The position numbers and the translations under genes were made by a program. A stretch of 64,000 nucleotides of DNA from Sulfuricurvum sp. (GTDB lineage Bacteria > Campylobacterota > Campylobacteria > Campylobacterales > Sulfurimonadaceae): the NCBI RefSeq assembly GCF_023229695.1, contig NZ_JALNYS010000014.1:20540-84539 (forward strand), given 5' to 3'. Shown piece by piece: positions 46,658-56,712 of the stretch. The notes below the pieces were generated by a model. That model was not told the DNA's origin. It was given only the letters and a program-made list of their open reading frames with translations, and ran no database searches. The stretch's first letter is position 1; each line of letters begins with the position of its first letter.

Positions 46658-47371
46658 TTATTGAAATAATTTTACCAATTTCATACGCATCTCATCAAAT
46701 GTTTGAATCTCACCCACTAGCCCCGCCAACCCTTCATCACGTTCCGCTAAATATTTTTTAGTTTTAAAACTCTCTAGCCACATCGTTTGGAAATATTCTT
46801 TTGTGTAATAAAGCGGTTCATGTTGCATAATAAGCGTTTTGGTCGCAACAGGTGTAAATCGATCATAATCATTTAGCGTATAGAAGCAGAGCATATCGTA
46901 GAGGTCTCGTGATTTGGTTCGTTTGTAGAACATCAAAGATTTTATTTTAAATATCGTTTCTAGGGAGGCTATCTTGATGTTTCCGATGGTTGTGTAAATA
47001 TCATCGGCAAGAAATTCTTTTGTGCCTGGATTGCTTCCACCGTCGAAAAATTGAATTTTAATGCCGTTGACCATCCATGTTTGAAGATAGTATTCGACAT
47101 TATCTCCGCCGATTAAGAAATCTTCCTTGATTGCTTGAGAAGGTTCAATATAGTCGATATTGTCCATACCGAATTTCTCTACACAAAACTCAATAAATGC
47201 TTGAATATCCTCTAAAGGAAGTTCTTGTGTGAGGCAAAAATCTAAATCCTCAGAAATGCGATGATTGATATGATAGGAAAGTGCGGTTCCACCGACCAGT
47301 CTGAAATCATGCTTTTTGAAAATCTCGTGATCTTGGATGATCGGTAGAATCTGTTTGATCGCTTCGGTCAT
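46658..47371 (-). CDS. AbiEii/AbiGii-family nucleotidyltransferase toxin (DUF1814)
   Basis: FRLVGGTALSYHINHRISEDLDF (GG[ST]AL...R.S.DlDF NTase motif). Overlaps the upstream partner gene (ATGA-type). Confidence 0.8.
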   Translation of the reverse strand: MTEAIKQILPIIQDHEIFKKHDFRLVGGTALSYHINHRISEDLDFCLTQELPLEDIQAFIEFCVEKFGMDNIDYIEPSQAIKEDFLIGGDNVEYYLQTWMVNGIKIQFFDGGSNPGTKEFLADDIYTTIGNIKIASLETIFKIKSLMFYKRTKSRDLYDMLCFYTLNDYDRFTPVATKTLIMQHEPLYYTKEYFQTMWLESFKTKKYLAERDEGLAGLVGEIQTFDEMRMKLVKLFQ

Positions 47372-47976
47372 GCGCTCAGTCCTGTCATCTTTTTAATCTG
47401 AAAGAGGGTATTGAACGGTACTTTTTTCTCTTGAGCCATTTTTACCAACTCATCGGCACTGTATTGTTTGCTCAGATAGGTAATATACCGTTTTTTAGGA
47501 TGGCGTAGAAGTTCCTCTAGTGCAGGCAACGGATGAACCTCAAAATAGGTTTCAGGGTCTATGGAAAATTCAATCTGCTCTGAAGCCTCATTATAATCTT
47601 CGATTGGCATGCTATTTTTGAGTTTCATCAAAATCATCCTAACTCGTTCGATACCAAATAGACGGATGAGCGTTTGGGTATCCTCTTGATTCGGTGTAGA
47701 GAGATAAATGGAAATGAGGCTGTTGATCTCTATGAGGGAATGATCTTGCCGTGACCACAATAGATCAATGCTAAACCACTCTTTTCGAAGTTTGGCGAAA
47801 CGGGTTTTTGGGCTAAATTTTGGCGGGGTATTTTTAGGCTGTAAATACTTTTCTGCCTCGTCAAGGCTGATAGTACGAAGGAGGGTAAGGAGCTTTTGGC
47901 GCTTTGGATTGGATTCCCAATCACTGAGAGTGCTATCAGCAATATGAAAAAACTGTGTGATTTCTGCTGTTGTCAT
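47368..47976 (-). CDS. Putative AbiEi-like antitoxin/transcriptional regulator
   Basis: N-terminal HTH-like TAEITQFFHIADSTLSDWESNP. ~200 aa. Lies immediately upstream of, and overlaps, the AbiEii-like gene. Confidence 0.6.
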   Translation of the reverse strand: MTTAEITQFFHIADSTLSDWESNPKRQKLLTLLRTISLDEAEKYLQPKNTPPKFSPKTRFAKLRKEWFSIDLLWSRQDHSLIEINSLISIYLSTPNQEDTQTLIRLFGIERVRMILMKLKNSMPIEDYNEASEQIEFSIDPETYFEVHPLPALEELLRHPKKRYITYLSKQYSADELVKMAQEKKVPFNTLFQIKKMTGLSA

Positions 47977-48027
47977 ATTCTCCTCCTCTTCGAAGTTAAT
48001 ATTGCTATTATATCCGAATATCGGAAA

Positions 48028-48867
48028 TTATACAATCTTATTTCGTTCTGTGGCTTCCAATACACTTTTTGCATTCAAGCTCGTTACCACTTTTTTACCC
48101 GTTTGCGCTTCCAACTCTTGGAGGGCTACTTTGGCAACTTTTCCGCCTTGAGCTGCTACTTTTTTGCTTTCTTCAAACGTTTCAGGGCTTAGTGCTTGCG
48201 AAATATCTTTTGTAGAAGCTTCCGCTAACATATTTAAAATAAGTTCGGTGTTGGTCATGTTATCCCGTAGGTTCTCTTTTTTTAACCCTTTTAGAATTTT
48301 ATACTCTTTGGTGGTTTTATCTGCCCATGTTTTGGTGATAATATCGGTGAGAGTTGCAAACTGCATCCCCTCTCTTATCCCTCTTGATTTCCACTCATCG
48401 GTAAGTTCTTTGCGGATTTCGATACTTTTTAGCCGTTGGTTGATCCAGTTCTCACTGTATCCTAGCTCTAAATATTGTTTTAATGCTCTATCTATACTTA
48501 GCTCAGGGTCTTGCATTTCATCTAAGCGCTCACTAGCGATTTGTGCTAACCAAAGTTTAAAGGGTTCTGCTTTTGGGCTTGGAATAGACTGTATTAATCT
48601 GAAAATTTGTTCGGTATCGGCAACATCGGTTTTGTAAAATTTACCGTCTGAAGATTTCATTTTCAGTTGTCCGATTTTTTCGGACAACTGACTTCCCTCT
48701 TTTTCTAACTTCTTTTTTAAATCTGACCAATATTTTCTTGGTCGCTCATTATTCGTCAAAACTTCAATAACATCAATAATAGAGATATACCACTTTTCAT
48801 TCTCCTCATCCCAGAGGGTGCGTACTTTTTTAGTGTCAAAAATTTGAATGGTATCGTGCGTGTTCAT
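48028..48867 (-). CDS. Bro-N domain protein (DinD/antirepressor-like)
   Basis: N-terminal IQIFDTKKVRTLWDEENEKWYISIIDVIEVLT resembles Bro-N. The C-terminal part resembles the DinD-type helical region. Confidence 0.65.
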   Translation of the reverse strand: MNTHDTIQIFDTKKVRTLWDEENEKWYISIIDVIEVLTNNERPRKYWSDLKKKLEKEGSQLSEKIGQLKMKSSDGKFYKTDVADTEQIFRLIQSIPSPKAEPFKLWLAQIASERLDEMQDPELSIDRALKQYLELGYSENWINQRLKSIEIRKELTDEWKSRGIREGMQFATLTDIITKTWADKTTKEYKILKGLKKENLRDNMTNTELILNMLAEASTKDISQALSPETFEESKKVAAQGGKVAKVALQELEAQTGKKVVTSLNAKSVLEATERNKIV

Positions 48868-49035
48868 CTCAATACCTCACCACAAATTTCAATCTTCATT
48901 TTTAATGTTCCTCGTCTGGCGCATATCCGATTTGTTTTATTTTATCCAAACACGTTTAAATGGATCGATATGTTGACAATTTGTTATATTTTCAATTTTT
49001 TAAAAAGTGGAATGGACTCAAAGAGCAGACACTTT

Positions 49036-49368
49036 TTAAGACGGTGATTGGTGCGATAAGCGATGCTTTTCAATGATCTGTGTAAATGCCGTTTGCAGCA
49101 TCACAACATCTGCCAGCTCACCGCATTCTGCTTTACCCTTAAGATCGTAGAGTTCAAAAAGACGTTCGATATCTTCTCTGCCGAGTTCGAAATGTTTTGC
49201 TTCTATTGATCTGAGGAGCCCCTCACTGATGGCAATTTGTTGTGCTTTGTTTGCTTCAGTCCACGCATCGCCCATGTACACATAGACAATCAAATCAGTG
49301 ACGGGATAATGGCCTTTTCGTATGTAGGTGTAGTCCTCGAAATATCGTTCCAGTCGATTTAATGGCAT
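49036..49368 (-). CDS. Hypothetical protein (110 aa)
   Basis: ORF downstream of the thioredoxin gene on the same strand. No recognisable motif. Confidence 0.45.
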   Translation of the reverse strand: MPLNRLERYFEDYTYIRKGHYPVTDLIVYVYMGDAWTEANKAQQIAISEGLLRSIEAKHFELGREDIERLFELYDLKGKAECGELADVVMLQTAFTQIIEKHRLSHQSPS

Positions 49369-49409
49369 TTGCTTTCCTTCTGCATCGCTTTATATTGTCA
49401 AGAATTGGT

Positions 49410-49784
49410 TTACGGCTGTTGCTTGCGTGCTGCTTTTTTCGCTGCTTTTTCCGCACGGAATCTATCCATATCGGTCGCTTTTGTCTGCTCAATGAGATCA
49501 ATCAGTTCCTCTTGGGATAATAATCCCGGTGTTTTGAAAATAACCGTCTTCTCTTTCATAAGTACCGTCGTTGGAAGATTTTGGATAAAGAAATAGTCTG
49601 AAAGAGCGGTTTCTTCTTCCGTATGGAGTTTTGCAAACGTGATGTCGGGGTATTTTCCAGATACTTTTTCAAATATCGGTCCATACTGTTTGCACGGAGT
49701 ACACCATTGCGACCAAAAATCGATAACCACTATCTCGTTTTCTTGAACGGTTTTATCATAATTCTCTTTTGTCAATATGAGCAT
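49410..49784 (-). CDS. Thioredoxin-family protein with Lys/Ala-rich C-terminal tail
   Basis: VVIDFWSQWCTPCKQYGPIF (WCxPC). The internal Met at 49784 gives a typical thioredoxin N-terminus. Confidence 0.8.
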   Translation of the reverse strand: MLILTKENYDKTVQENEIVVIDFWSQWCTPCKQYGPIFEKVSGKYPDITFAKLHTEEETALSDYFFIQNLPTTVLMKEKTVIFKTPGLLSQEELIDLIEQTKATDMDRFRAEKAAKKAARKQQP

Positions 49785-50088
49785 ATTCCATAGTATCCTG
49801 TTTTCGAAAATGTAAGTCAATAAGGCGAACGGGTTGCTTAACGCTCAATCACTGTTATTCCTTGATAGTTAGATTAGGTATGTTAAGGAGTAAATGCATA
49901 GGCCATTCTAAATCGGGGTGTCATTCCAGATTGAACATCTGACCCAAATTTGCTAGTGATATATATAAAATACATTTTTGCGATACAATTAGCAATAAGA
50001 TCATAGACAAAGTAAGAGATATTTTAATATCTATTATTCTATATTTATTGCTTTAATCTATAATATACTATCTTTTAAGTGAGATGCA

Positions 50089-50388
50089 ATGTTGCAGCTA
50101 TATACTGAACAAGAGATGTTGTCTCGTCTGGCAGAGATGTTTGAAAAAGAACGTATTAAGCAAAATATCACCCAGAAAGAGCTTTCATCACGTGCAGGGA
50201 TTCCACTCCCTACCTACCGTGCATTTTTAAAAAATGGTACATTGTCTGCTAAAAATATGTTCAAATTACTCTTTGTTTTGCAGTTGGATGAAAAGGGCGA
50301 GAATCTCGTTAAAGAACGTGCATTAAAAACATTGGAAGACATCCGTGTGAATGTTTCACAACAAGATCGTAAAAGGGTTCGTAAATGA
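50089..50388 (+). CDS. hipB: XRE-family HTH antitoxin (HipB-like)
   Basis: ERIKQNITQKELSSRAGIPLPTYRAFLKNG. Overlaps the hipA start (ATGA). Confidence 0.75.
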   Translation: MLQLYTEQEMLSRLAEMFEKERIKQNITQKELSSRAGIPLPTYRAFLKNGTLSAKNMFKLLFVLQLDEKGENLVKERALKTLEDIRVNVSQQDRKRVRK

Positions 50389-51638
50389 CAGAGATTACTG
50401 CAAAACTGTATGGTCATACCGTTGGGACATTACTGTATGACGGACGGACGGTCTATTTTGAATATGATCCGATATTTCAAAAGATGGGACTGGAAATTTC
50501 GCCTCATAAACTTGCAATCAATAGTTTAAAAGGTGCATATAGCAACACAGATACTACTTATTTCCAAGGTATTCCCGGTGTTTTTCATGATAGTTTGCCG
50601 GATAAATTTGGGATGAGGGTAATCGATCGCTATTACGAGGAAAAAGGGAAAAGCATAGCAGATGTAAATCTCTTGATGCGATTATCCTATATCGGTTCAC
50701 GCGCAATGGGAGCATTGGAGTATGAACCGAGCGATCAGCCACAATTTGCTGCTCTAAAAGCCGAAATCATGGATTTGCGTCAGATGTATTTGGATTCTCA
50801 AGTAATCATCAAAGGTGAACAATCCGATGCACTTCATCACATCGCAGCCTTTATGGAAAATGCTGCATCACCCGGAGGTGCACAGCCAAAAGCTTCTATC
50901 GGATGGAACCGTGAAACGAAAGAGATCATCAGCGGTGCACAGTTGGGTGTGCCGGAGGGGTTTGAGCACTGGCTAGTAAAATTTAGTAAATCGGACCAAT
51001 TTGGTCAAGCTCTGGATTTTACCAAACTCGAATACCTCTATATGCAGATGGCGGGAGAGATTGGGATAAGTGTTCCTCAAACGCAAATGCTCTATGATAG
51101 AAATGACTGGCACTACGCCATCAAACGATTTGATCGTGTTGATGGTCGCAAGATCCATATGCACACGTTAGCCGGCTTGACCCATATCGATTTCAATGAA
51201 CCGGGGCATTATTCGTATGAGCAGTTCTGGCGCATCGCCAAAGCATTGACCCGAGATAACTCGGTCAATCTTGAGATATTTAAGCGGGCTGTTTTTAATG
51301 TGATTGCCCGTAATCAAGATGACCACGCAAAAAACTTTTCATTTTTGATGGATGAATCAGGGAAATGGAGCCTCTCTCCAGCGTATGATATTACCTTTGC
51401 CAATGGGGAAAAATATACAGCCAATCATCAGATGTCGATTGGTGCAAAACTAAACAATTTCACGCGCAAAGATTTGATCGCTTTTGGGTTATCGCTTGAA
51501 ATGAAAGAAAGTGCCGTAAAAGAGATAATTCAGCAGACTATTGAGGTTCTCAGTTCCTTCAGCCAGAGAGCCAAAGAGATAGAAATTCGAGATGATTTGA
51601 TTAGGCTTGTCGAAACAGGGCTCAGATTAGAGATATAG
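50385..51638 (+). CDS. hipA: HipA-family serine/threonine kinase toxin
   Basis: N-terminal coupling domain (VGTLLYDGRTVYFEYD). GGAQPKAS P-loop-like motif. Catalytic RNQDDHAKNFSF. Confidence 0.9.
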   Translation: MTEITAKLYGHTVGTLLYDGRTVYFEYDPIFQKMGLEISPHKLAINSLKGAYSNTDTTYFQGIPGVFHDSLPDKFGMRVIDRYYEEKGKSIADVNLLMRLSYIGSRAMGALEYEPSDQPQFAALKAEIMDLRQMYLDSQVIIKGEQSDALHHIAAFMENAASPGGAQPKASIGWNRETKEIISGAQLGVPEGFEHWLVKFSKSDQFGQALDFTKLEYLYMQMAGEIGISVPQTQMLYDRNDWHYAIKRFDRVDGRKIHMHTLAGLTHIDFNEPGHYSYEQFWRIAKALTRDNSVNLEIFKRAVFNVIARNQDDHAKNFSFLMDESGKWSLSPAYDITFANGEKYTANHQMSIGAKLNNFTRKDLIAFGLSLEMKESAVKEIIQQTIEVLSSFSQRAKEIEIRDDLIRLVETGLRLEI

Positions 51639-51695
51639 GGAGAAATTTTCTATTTTTATCGATTTTCTGCTTTCTTTAAAATCGAGTCATTCATA

Positions 51696-51740
51696 GAAAA
51701 TTCAAATTAATTTTAATAAATAAAATTAATTTGAATTTTC
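51696..51740. repeat. Perfect 20-bp inverted repeat with 5-nt spacer
   Basis: GAAAATTCAAATTAATTTTA-ataaa-TAAAATTAATTTGAATTTTC. Lies 58 nt downstream of the hipA stop, at the AT-rich to core transition. Confidence 0.9.
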
Positions 51741-51887
51741 CGGCTGAGTAAAAAGTTATTGCGTTAGAATCATCACCGAAAAGATTATTTAATGGGTCAG
51801 TCGGTGCATAATTTAATCTTTTCTTGTTTTTAGCTCTCTTAATGACACTCCCGTGTCCATTTCTCCAACCTTAAATCCTATCGTTGC

Positions 51888-54506
51888 CTAACCTGTTATC
51901 TCTTCTTTCGAATCAAAAAGATAGTATCGGTTTTTACCCGATTGTTTGGCCTCATACATTGCCTGATCGGCCTGACGGATCAGCTGGTCTCCGTCCACTT
52001 CGTGCTCCTGCGGGTAAAAGGTAACTCCGATACTAGCGGATACCTGAACCGTTAACGACTCAAGCCGGATGGGGTTTCCTGCCGCTTCAAGGAGTCTGTG
52101 AATGATCGGTATTGCGGCGGAGGTGTCTTTTAAATCTACGAGAATGGCGACAAATTCATCTCCGCCTAATCTGGCAAGGGTATCCCCTTCCCGCAATGAT
52201 TGTTTCATCCTTGCCGAAAGGGCGATCAGCAATTGGTCTCCTACGGAATGCCCATAGGTATCATTGATGTGTTTAAACCCGTCAAGATCAAGATAAAGGA
52301 CGGCCAGCCGCTCTTTGCGTCGTTGCGTTTGGATCATCCCCTGATGCAGGCGATCGGATTCTAGAATACGGTTCGGCAGACCGGTCAGCGCGTCGTAATG
52401 GGCCAAAAATTCGAGCTGCTGTGCATGGAGGTTCATTGCGCTAACATCTTTGGTACTGACCAGAATACGTTTTTTGTCGGGCAGGAGAGTGGCTGTCATG
52501 TTGATGTAGAGCTGTTTTCCGTCTTTTACGATGCAGGTTTTTTCAAAACCTTTGACAAAGCCGTGTTCCAAAACTTTTTTCATCATTTCGGTTGCACGTT
52601 CTCTGTCTTGCGGAATGCTCAGCGAAATACAATTCATTTGTAGAAGTTCTTCACGGGAAAAACCGGTCATTTCCATATACGCATCATTAAAATCGAGAAA
52701 ATTCGATTCGGTATCCAAGATGGCGATGCCGTCCTTGGAGGTATTGAAAATGGTTTTAAATTCGTCTCGTTGCTCTGCCAAATCTTTTTGCAGATTTTTT
52801 TCTTCCGTAATATCGTAAAACCACCCCAAAACACAGGGTTCTGCTTCAAACTCTATCGGCATATACGAAGCCAATACCCAGATCGTCTGATGATTAATGG
52901 AGAGTTCTACCAGTCGATTGAAGATGATCTCTTTCGCGTTGATTTGTTTCAGGATTGCATCGTATTCTTCATGGCGGGCATAATAATTTTTCGGATTGTT
53001 GCCTAATACGGCAGAAATATCGGTTTGGGTCAAACGGGAATAGGCTTCATTGGCAAAAACAACTTCACTCCCTTCGCTTTTTGCGATTCTGACGGCAATC
53101 GGGCTCATTTTCAACAGAAAGAGAAGGGTGTTTTCACTTTTTTCCAAGCGGATTTGATAGTGCATCGCTTCCGTGATATCTTGAACCGTACCAAAGGAAC
53201 ACAGCGGACTATTATCCGTCTGGTCGAATTTTGTATCGCATTGTTCACTGACATACTTGATTCTTCCGTCTCTCATCCGAAGTCTGTGGACTATTTCGTA
53301 TTTTTGTTGGGTAACGAGTGAATTTTGATAGGCATTTTCAACATTTTTTCGGTCATCCGGATGGATAACCGTTAGAAATGCATCGTAGGTGGGTTCAAAG
53401 TTCTCTTTATCCAGTTCAAAAATATGAAAAATCTCATCTGACCATTCCAGAGTATTGGAACGCAAGTCCAGATGCCAATTGCCGATTTGAGCAATTTTTT
53501 CGGCTTGTCTGAGGTTTTTCAGAAGCTTTTGGGTCTCTACATCAGCCATTTTTCGTTCGGTGATATCCTCGATGATGGCAATTCCCCCCTCGATGGTATT
53601 ATCGGTGTCGCGGAGCGGGGCATAGAACATAATGATCCACAAATGGGCATTGCTCAGGGTTGAGTGGTACGGGGTTTCCAATGATCCCTCTTTGCCCTCA
53701 ATCGCTTCTGTTAATACCGGCAGGATACGTTGATCTTTCAGCGTATGCATATCAAGGCCGATCAGCTTCTCTTTCGGGGCTTTCATAAGCTGTGCAAAGC
53801 GGTCGTTGCAGTAGGTGATTACCAGCTCTTTATTGTAATGAAGTATTCCCGCCGGCGTATGTTGAAGGATGAGACGATAGCGTTCCTCGCTGACCCATGC
53901 CTCTTTTTCACTCGCTTCCGCTTTGTGTTGCATCATACTGCTCTGGAGGATACTTGTGTGGATGAATTTTCCGATAACGGTTAAGAATACGAAATAAAGG
54001 AGCAGTGCCATCCCCATATAAACGGATAGAGTATTTTCGTCCAAGAATAAATAAACCGTAATGGGGGACAACGTCAAAATGGAAAAACCGATGCTGCTGG
54101 GAAGGTCGGATCCGTTTGACACCGTATTCCCGGCTGTCAGACCGGCTAAAATAAAAATTAAAAAAAACAGGTGATCAAAATCATTGGAAGAGAACAATAA
54201 AAATCCGATTGCGCCCCATATTGTACCGGATACAAAGGTACCGATCCGGATATTTCTCAGACGTAGGCGCGTATCGGACACCGTGGTGTCGGCACTCCGT
54301 TGATAGGCGCTGATAAGGGAGATTCGGAGAAATGATACCAGAACGAGGGCAAGAAACCAGAGTATCAATGTTTTAGGATCGGAGAGGTTTCGCTCACCAA
54401 AAATAAGTACCATGCCCAATAGCAAGCTGGCAAGTACTCCAAACTTACTGCTTTTAAGCAAGTTTTTCATTTGATCCGTTTGTGTTAGAGAATTCAGGGC
54501 AGTCAT
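51888..54506 (-). CDS. Membrane-anchored multi-PAS diguanylate cyclase (GGDEF)
   Basis: ~6 N-terminal TM helices, several PAS/PAC repeats (..WEWD-like HLDLRSNTLEWSDE.., ..ITERK..), and a C-terminal RLGGDEFVAIL with the LTGLPNR linker. Confidence 0.9.
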   Translation of the reverse strand: MTALNSLTQTDQMKNLLKSSKFGVLASLLLGMVLIFGERNLSDPKTLILWFLALVLVSFLRISLISAYQRSADTTVSDTRLRLRNIRIGTFVSGTIWGAIGFLLFSSNDFDHLFFLIFILAGLTAGNTVSNGSDLPSSIGFSILTLSPITVYLFLDENTLSVYMGMALLLYFVFLTVIGKFIHTSILQSSMMQHKAEASEKEAWVSEERYRLILQHTPAGILHYNKELVITYCNDRFAQLMKAPKEKLIGLDMHTLKDQRILPVLTEAIEGKEGSLETPYHSTLSNAHLWIIMFYAPLRDTDNTIEGGIAIIEDITERKMADVETQKLLKNLRQAEKIAQIGNWHLDLRSNTLEWSDEIFHIFELDKENFEPTYDAFLTVIHPDDRKNVENAYQNSLVTQQKYEIVHRLRMRDGRIKYVSEQCDTKFDQTDNSPLCSFGTVQDITEAMHYQIRLEKSENTLLFLLKMSPIAVRIAKSEGSEVVFANEAYSRLTQTDISAVLGNNPKNYYARHEEYDAILKQINAKEIIFNRLVELSINHQTIWVLASYMPIEFEAEPCVLGWFYDITEEKNLQKDLAEQRDEFKTIFNTSKDGIAILDTESNFLDFNDAYMEMTGFSREELLQMNCISLSIPQDRERATEMMKKVLEHGFVKGFEKTCIVKDGKQLYINMTATLLPDKKRILVSTKDVSAMNLHAQQLEFLAHYDALTGLPNRILESDRLHQGMIQTQRRKERLAVLYLDLDGFKHINDTYGHSVGDQLLIALSARMKQSLREGDTLARLGGDEFVAILVDLKDTSAAIPIIHRLLEAAGNPIRLESLTVQVSASIGVTFYPQEHEVDGDQLIRQADQAMYEAKQSGKNRYYLFDSKEEITG

Positions 54507-54680
54507 GAATTAGAGTAACCTTTTAAAGCAATGGATAGGTAAATGGATATTTTTTCTCCGCCTCTTGGTATGATCGGAGACACCGTTTTTATGAGAGTTC
54601 TTGCAGAACTCTCTTTTAAACGTGCTTTGAGCAAAGCCCAAAGCACTACGCTAGCCGCTATGGCGCTAATTAGATTATTT

Positions 54681-54827
54681 ACTGATGTTACGCACTTTTC
54701 GGGCAAAGCCCGTAAAGTGGCGGGGACAATTTGTCCCCTGCACCCCCCTAAAGCTACCCGCATCTGTCGGATGCGCGAGAAAAACTTCCCTTTACGTACT
54801 TGCTAAAGTAAGGTGCGTAAGGTCAGT
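54681..54827 (+). mobile_element. MITE copy 2 (147 bp, TSD TATTT)
   Basis: Same TIRs as copy 1. TATTT is present at 54676-54680 and 54828-54832. Confidence 0.85.
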
Positions 54828-55044
54828 TATTTATCATTATAGCAAAAGTCAGTTCGGATTTTTTCATAAAAGAAATTTTCCGATAGGGATGGGATCTATC
54901 GTACGATAAACAATAGCGATAGTTTCGACAGGAGAATTCTCTTTATCGGAATTATTTTGAGAAAATATTGAGAAAAATATGTAAAAATCCCGATATTTAA
55001 AAATAATATTTAATAGTAATTTATAAAAATTAGCGTAATCCGTA

Positions 55045-56709
55045 GTGCATGAGTGCATACAAAGGATAGGCGGGAGAGAACAAATAGTGCCTCAGAAAAA
55101 AAAATTTAAAATTTGTGATACCTTTATCAACCACTCTTCGATCGTTTTTTTTTCATGGGTGACTGACACGCAATGGAGTGTGGACTATCTATCGGAAGGG
55201 ATCAGACAGTTTGGCTACACCACTGAAGAGTTTTTATCCGGTGAGAAAAACTACCTCCATATTATCTATCCTGATGATGCTGAATGGGTGGTTCGTGAAG
55301 CTGAAACGCATACTGAGAATGGGGTCAAGAGCTTTAATCTGGTATACCGTATCGTTACGGCAGACGGTAGGATTCGGTGGATCGATCACCACACGGTTGT
55401 TGCACGAGAGAGGAGGGAAGAAGGGGTCTGCTGTGTGGGGGCGATTATGGATATCACCGAGCGTAAAACGATCGAACAAGAGCTCATCGACAGCGAAGCA
55501 AAATTTCGGACTATTGCTGAGAGCACGACGGTCGGATTCTTTATTTATCAGGAACGTTTTGTGTATGTCAATCAGGCAATTTGTGATGTTTCCGGCTATA
55601 CGCAAGAAGAGCTGTATGATATGAATGTTTGGGATTTTGCCCATGAATCGTCCAAAGAGAGGGTGAAAGAAATCGTTTTGAAGCGATGCCGGGGAGAAGA
55701 GGTTGAGAGCCGGTCGGATGATTTGGAACTGGTTACCAAAAAGGGGGAGATCAAAATTGTTCGTAGCATGGCGCATACGGTTCCCTATAAAGGGGGATGG
55801 GCCGGCGCGGGGACAATTATCGATATTACCGATATCGCTGAAGCAAAAGAGCAGGTGAACCTTTTGGCGCATGCGGTAAAGCAGACGGACGATATGGTCC
55901 GTATTACCGATAGAAACGGTACGATTACGTTCGCAAATGAAGCGATACTGAAGCATTCGGGATACACTCTCAACGAAGTGATCGGGCAAACGCCGCGAAT
56001 CTTTAAATCCGGCAAACACGACAAAGCCTTTTATCGTCATCTCTGGAAGACGATCCTTGCCGGGGAGACCTACCGAGGCGTTTTTCAAAATCGAAAGCGC
56101 GACGGGACGCTATATCACGAAGCTGAAACCATTACGCCGATTAGGGATATGAAAAACAGCGTTCAATATTTCGTCGTGACAGGAAAAGATATTTCCGAAC
56201 AGGTTGCATGGGAAAATGAGCTGCATCGTCAAGCCACGACCGATGCTCTGACGGGCGTATACAATCGGCAAAAGTTTATGGAAGAACTCGAAGCGGAGCT
56301 CGATAAATTCCGGCGCTATAACAATACGTTTACCGTCATCATGGTGGATATCGACCATTTTAAAGAGATCAATGATACCTATGGTCATGATACCGGAGAT
56401 AAAATTCTGAAAGAGTTGTCCCGATTGATGAACAGCAGTATTCGCAAAACCGATCTGTTTGCCCGGTGGGGGGGAGAAGAGTTTATGATTCTTTCTCCTT
56501 CATTGTCGTATGAAAATGCGATTGTCTTTGCCGAGAAGATAAGGGGGTACGTTGAATCTTTTGTATTTGACGACATTAACCATCTGACGGTGAGTATAGG
56601 GATAACGGTTCCGAAAGAGGAAGATACCTTTGAAAAGATTTTGAAGCGGGTAGACAAGGCTCTCTATTATTCTAAAAACAACGGCCGAAACCAAGTGAAT
56701 TTTATGTGA
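55045..56709 (+). CDS. Cytoplasmic triple-PAS diguanylate cyclase (GGEEF)
   Basis: Three PAS/PAC units and a C-terminal RWGGEEFMIL with the LTGVYNR linker. The start is uncertain: ATG 55045 lacks an RBS, whereas GTG 55087 follows GGGAGAG. Confidence 0.85.
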   Translation: MHECIQRIGGREQIVPQKKKFKICDTFINHSSIVFFSWVTDTQWSVDYLSEGIRQFGYTTEEFLSGEKNYLHIIYPDDAEWVVREAETHTENGVKSFNLVYRIVTADGRIRWIDHHTVVARERREEGVCCVGAIMDITERKTIEQELIDSEAKFRTIAESTTVGFFIYQERFVYVNQAICDVSGYTQEELYDMNVWDFAHESSKERVKEIVLKRCRGEEVESRSDDLELVTKKGEIKIVRSMAHTVPYKGGWAGAGTIIDITDIAEAKEQVNLLAHAVKQTDDMVRITDRNGTITFANEAILKHSGYTLNEVIGQTPRIFKSGKHDKAFYRHLWKTILAGETYRGVFQNRKRDGTLYHEAETITPIRDMKNSVQYFVVTGKDISEQVAWENELHRQATTDALTGVYNRQKFMEELEAELDKFRRYNNTFTVIMVDIDHFKEINDTYGHDTGDKILKELSRLMNSSIRKTDLFARWGGEEFMILSPSLSYENAIVFAEKIRGYVESFVFDDINHLTVSIGITVPKEEDTFEKILKRVDKALYYSKNNGRNQVNFM

Positions 56710-56712
56710 AAA

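Noticed and set aside
48028-48867. Bro-N protein as evidence of a prophage
   Set aside because: No capsid, tail, terminase, portal or integrase genes are nearby. A single Bro-N/DinD-like gene is insufficient for a prophage call.
55234-56088. 284-aa ORF on the - strand, and similar long antisense ORFs at 32455..33198, 14706..15335, 22760..23416 and 33683..34198
   Set aside because: Each lies fully inside a motif-supported gene on the other strand (PAS-GGDEF, P-type ATPase, kdsB, trpC, M23 peptidase). None has a recognisable domain.
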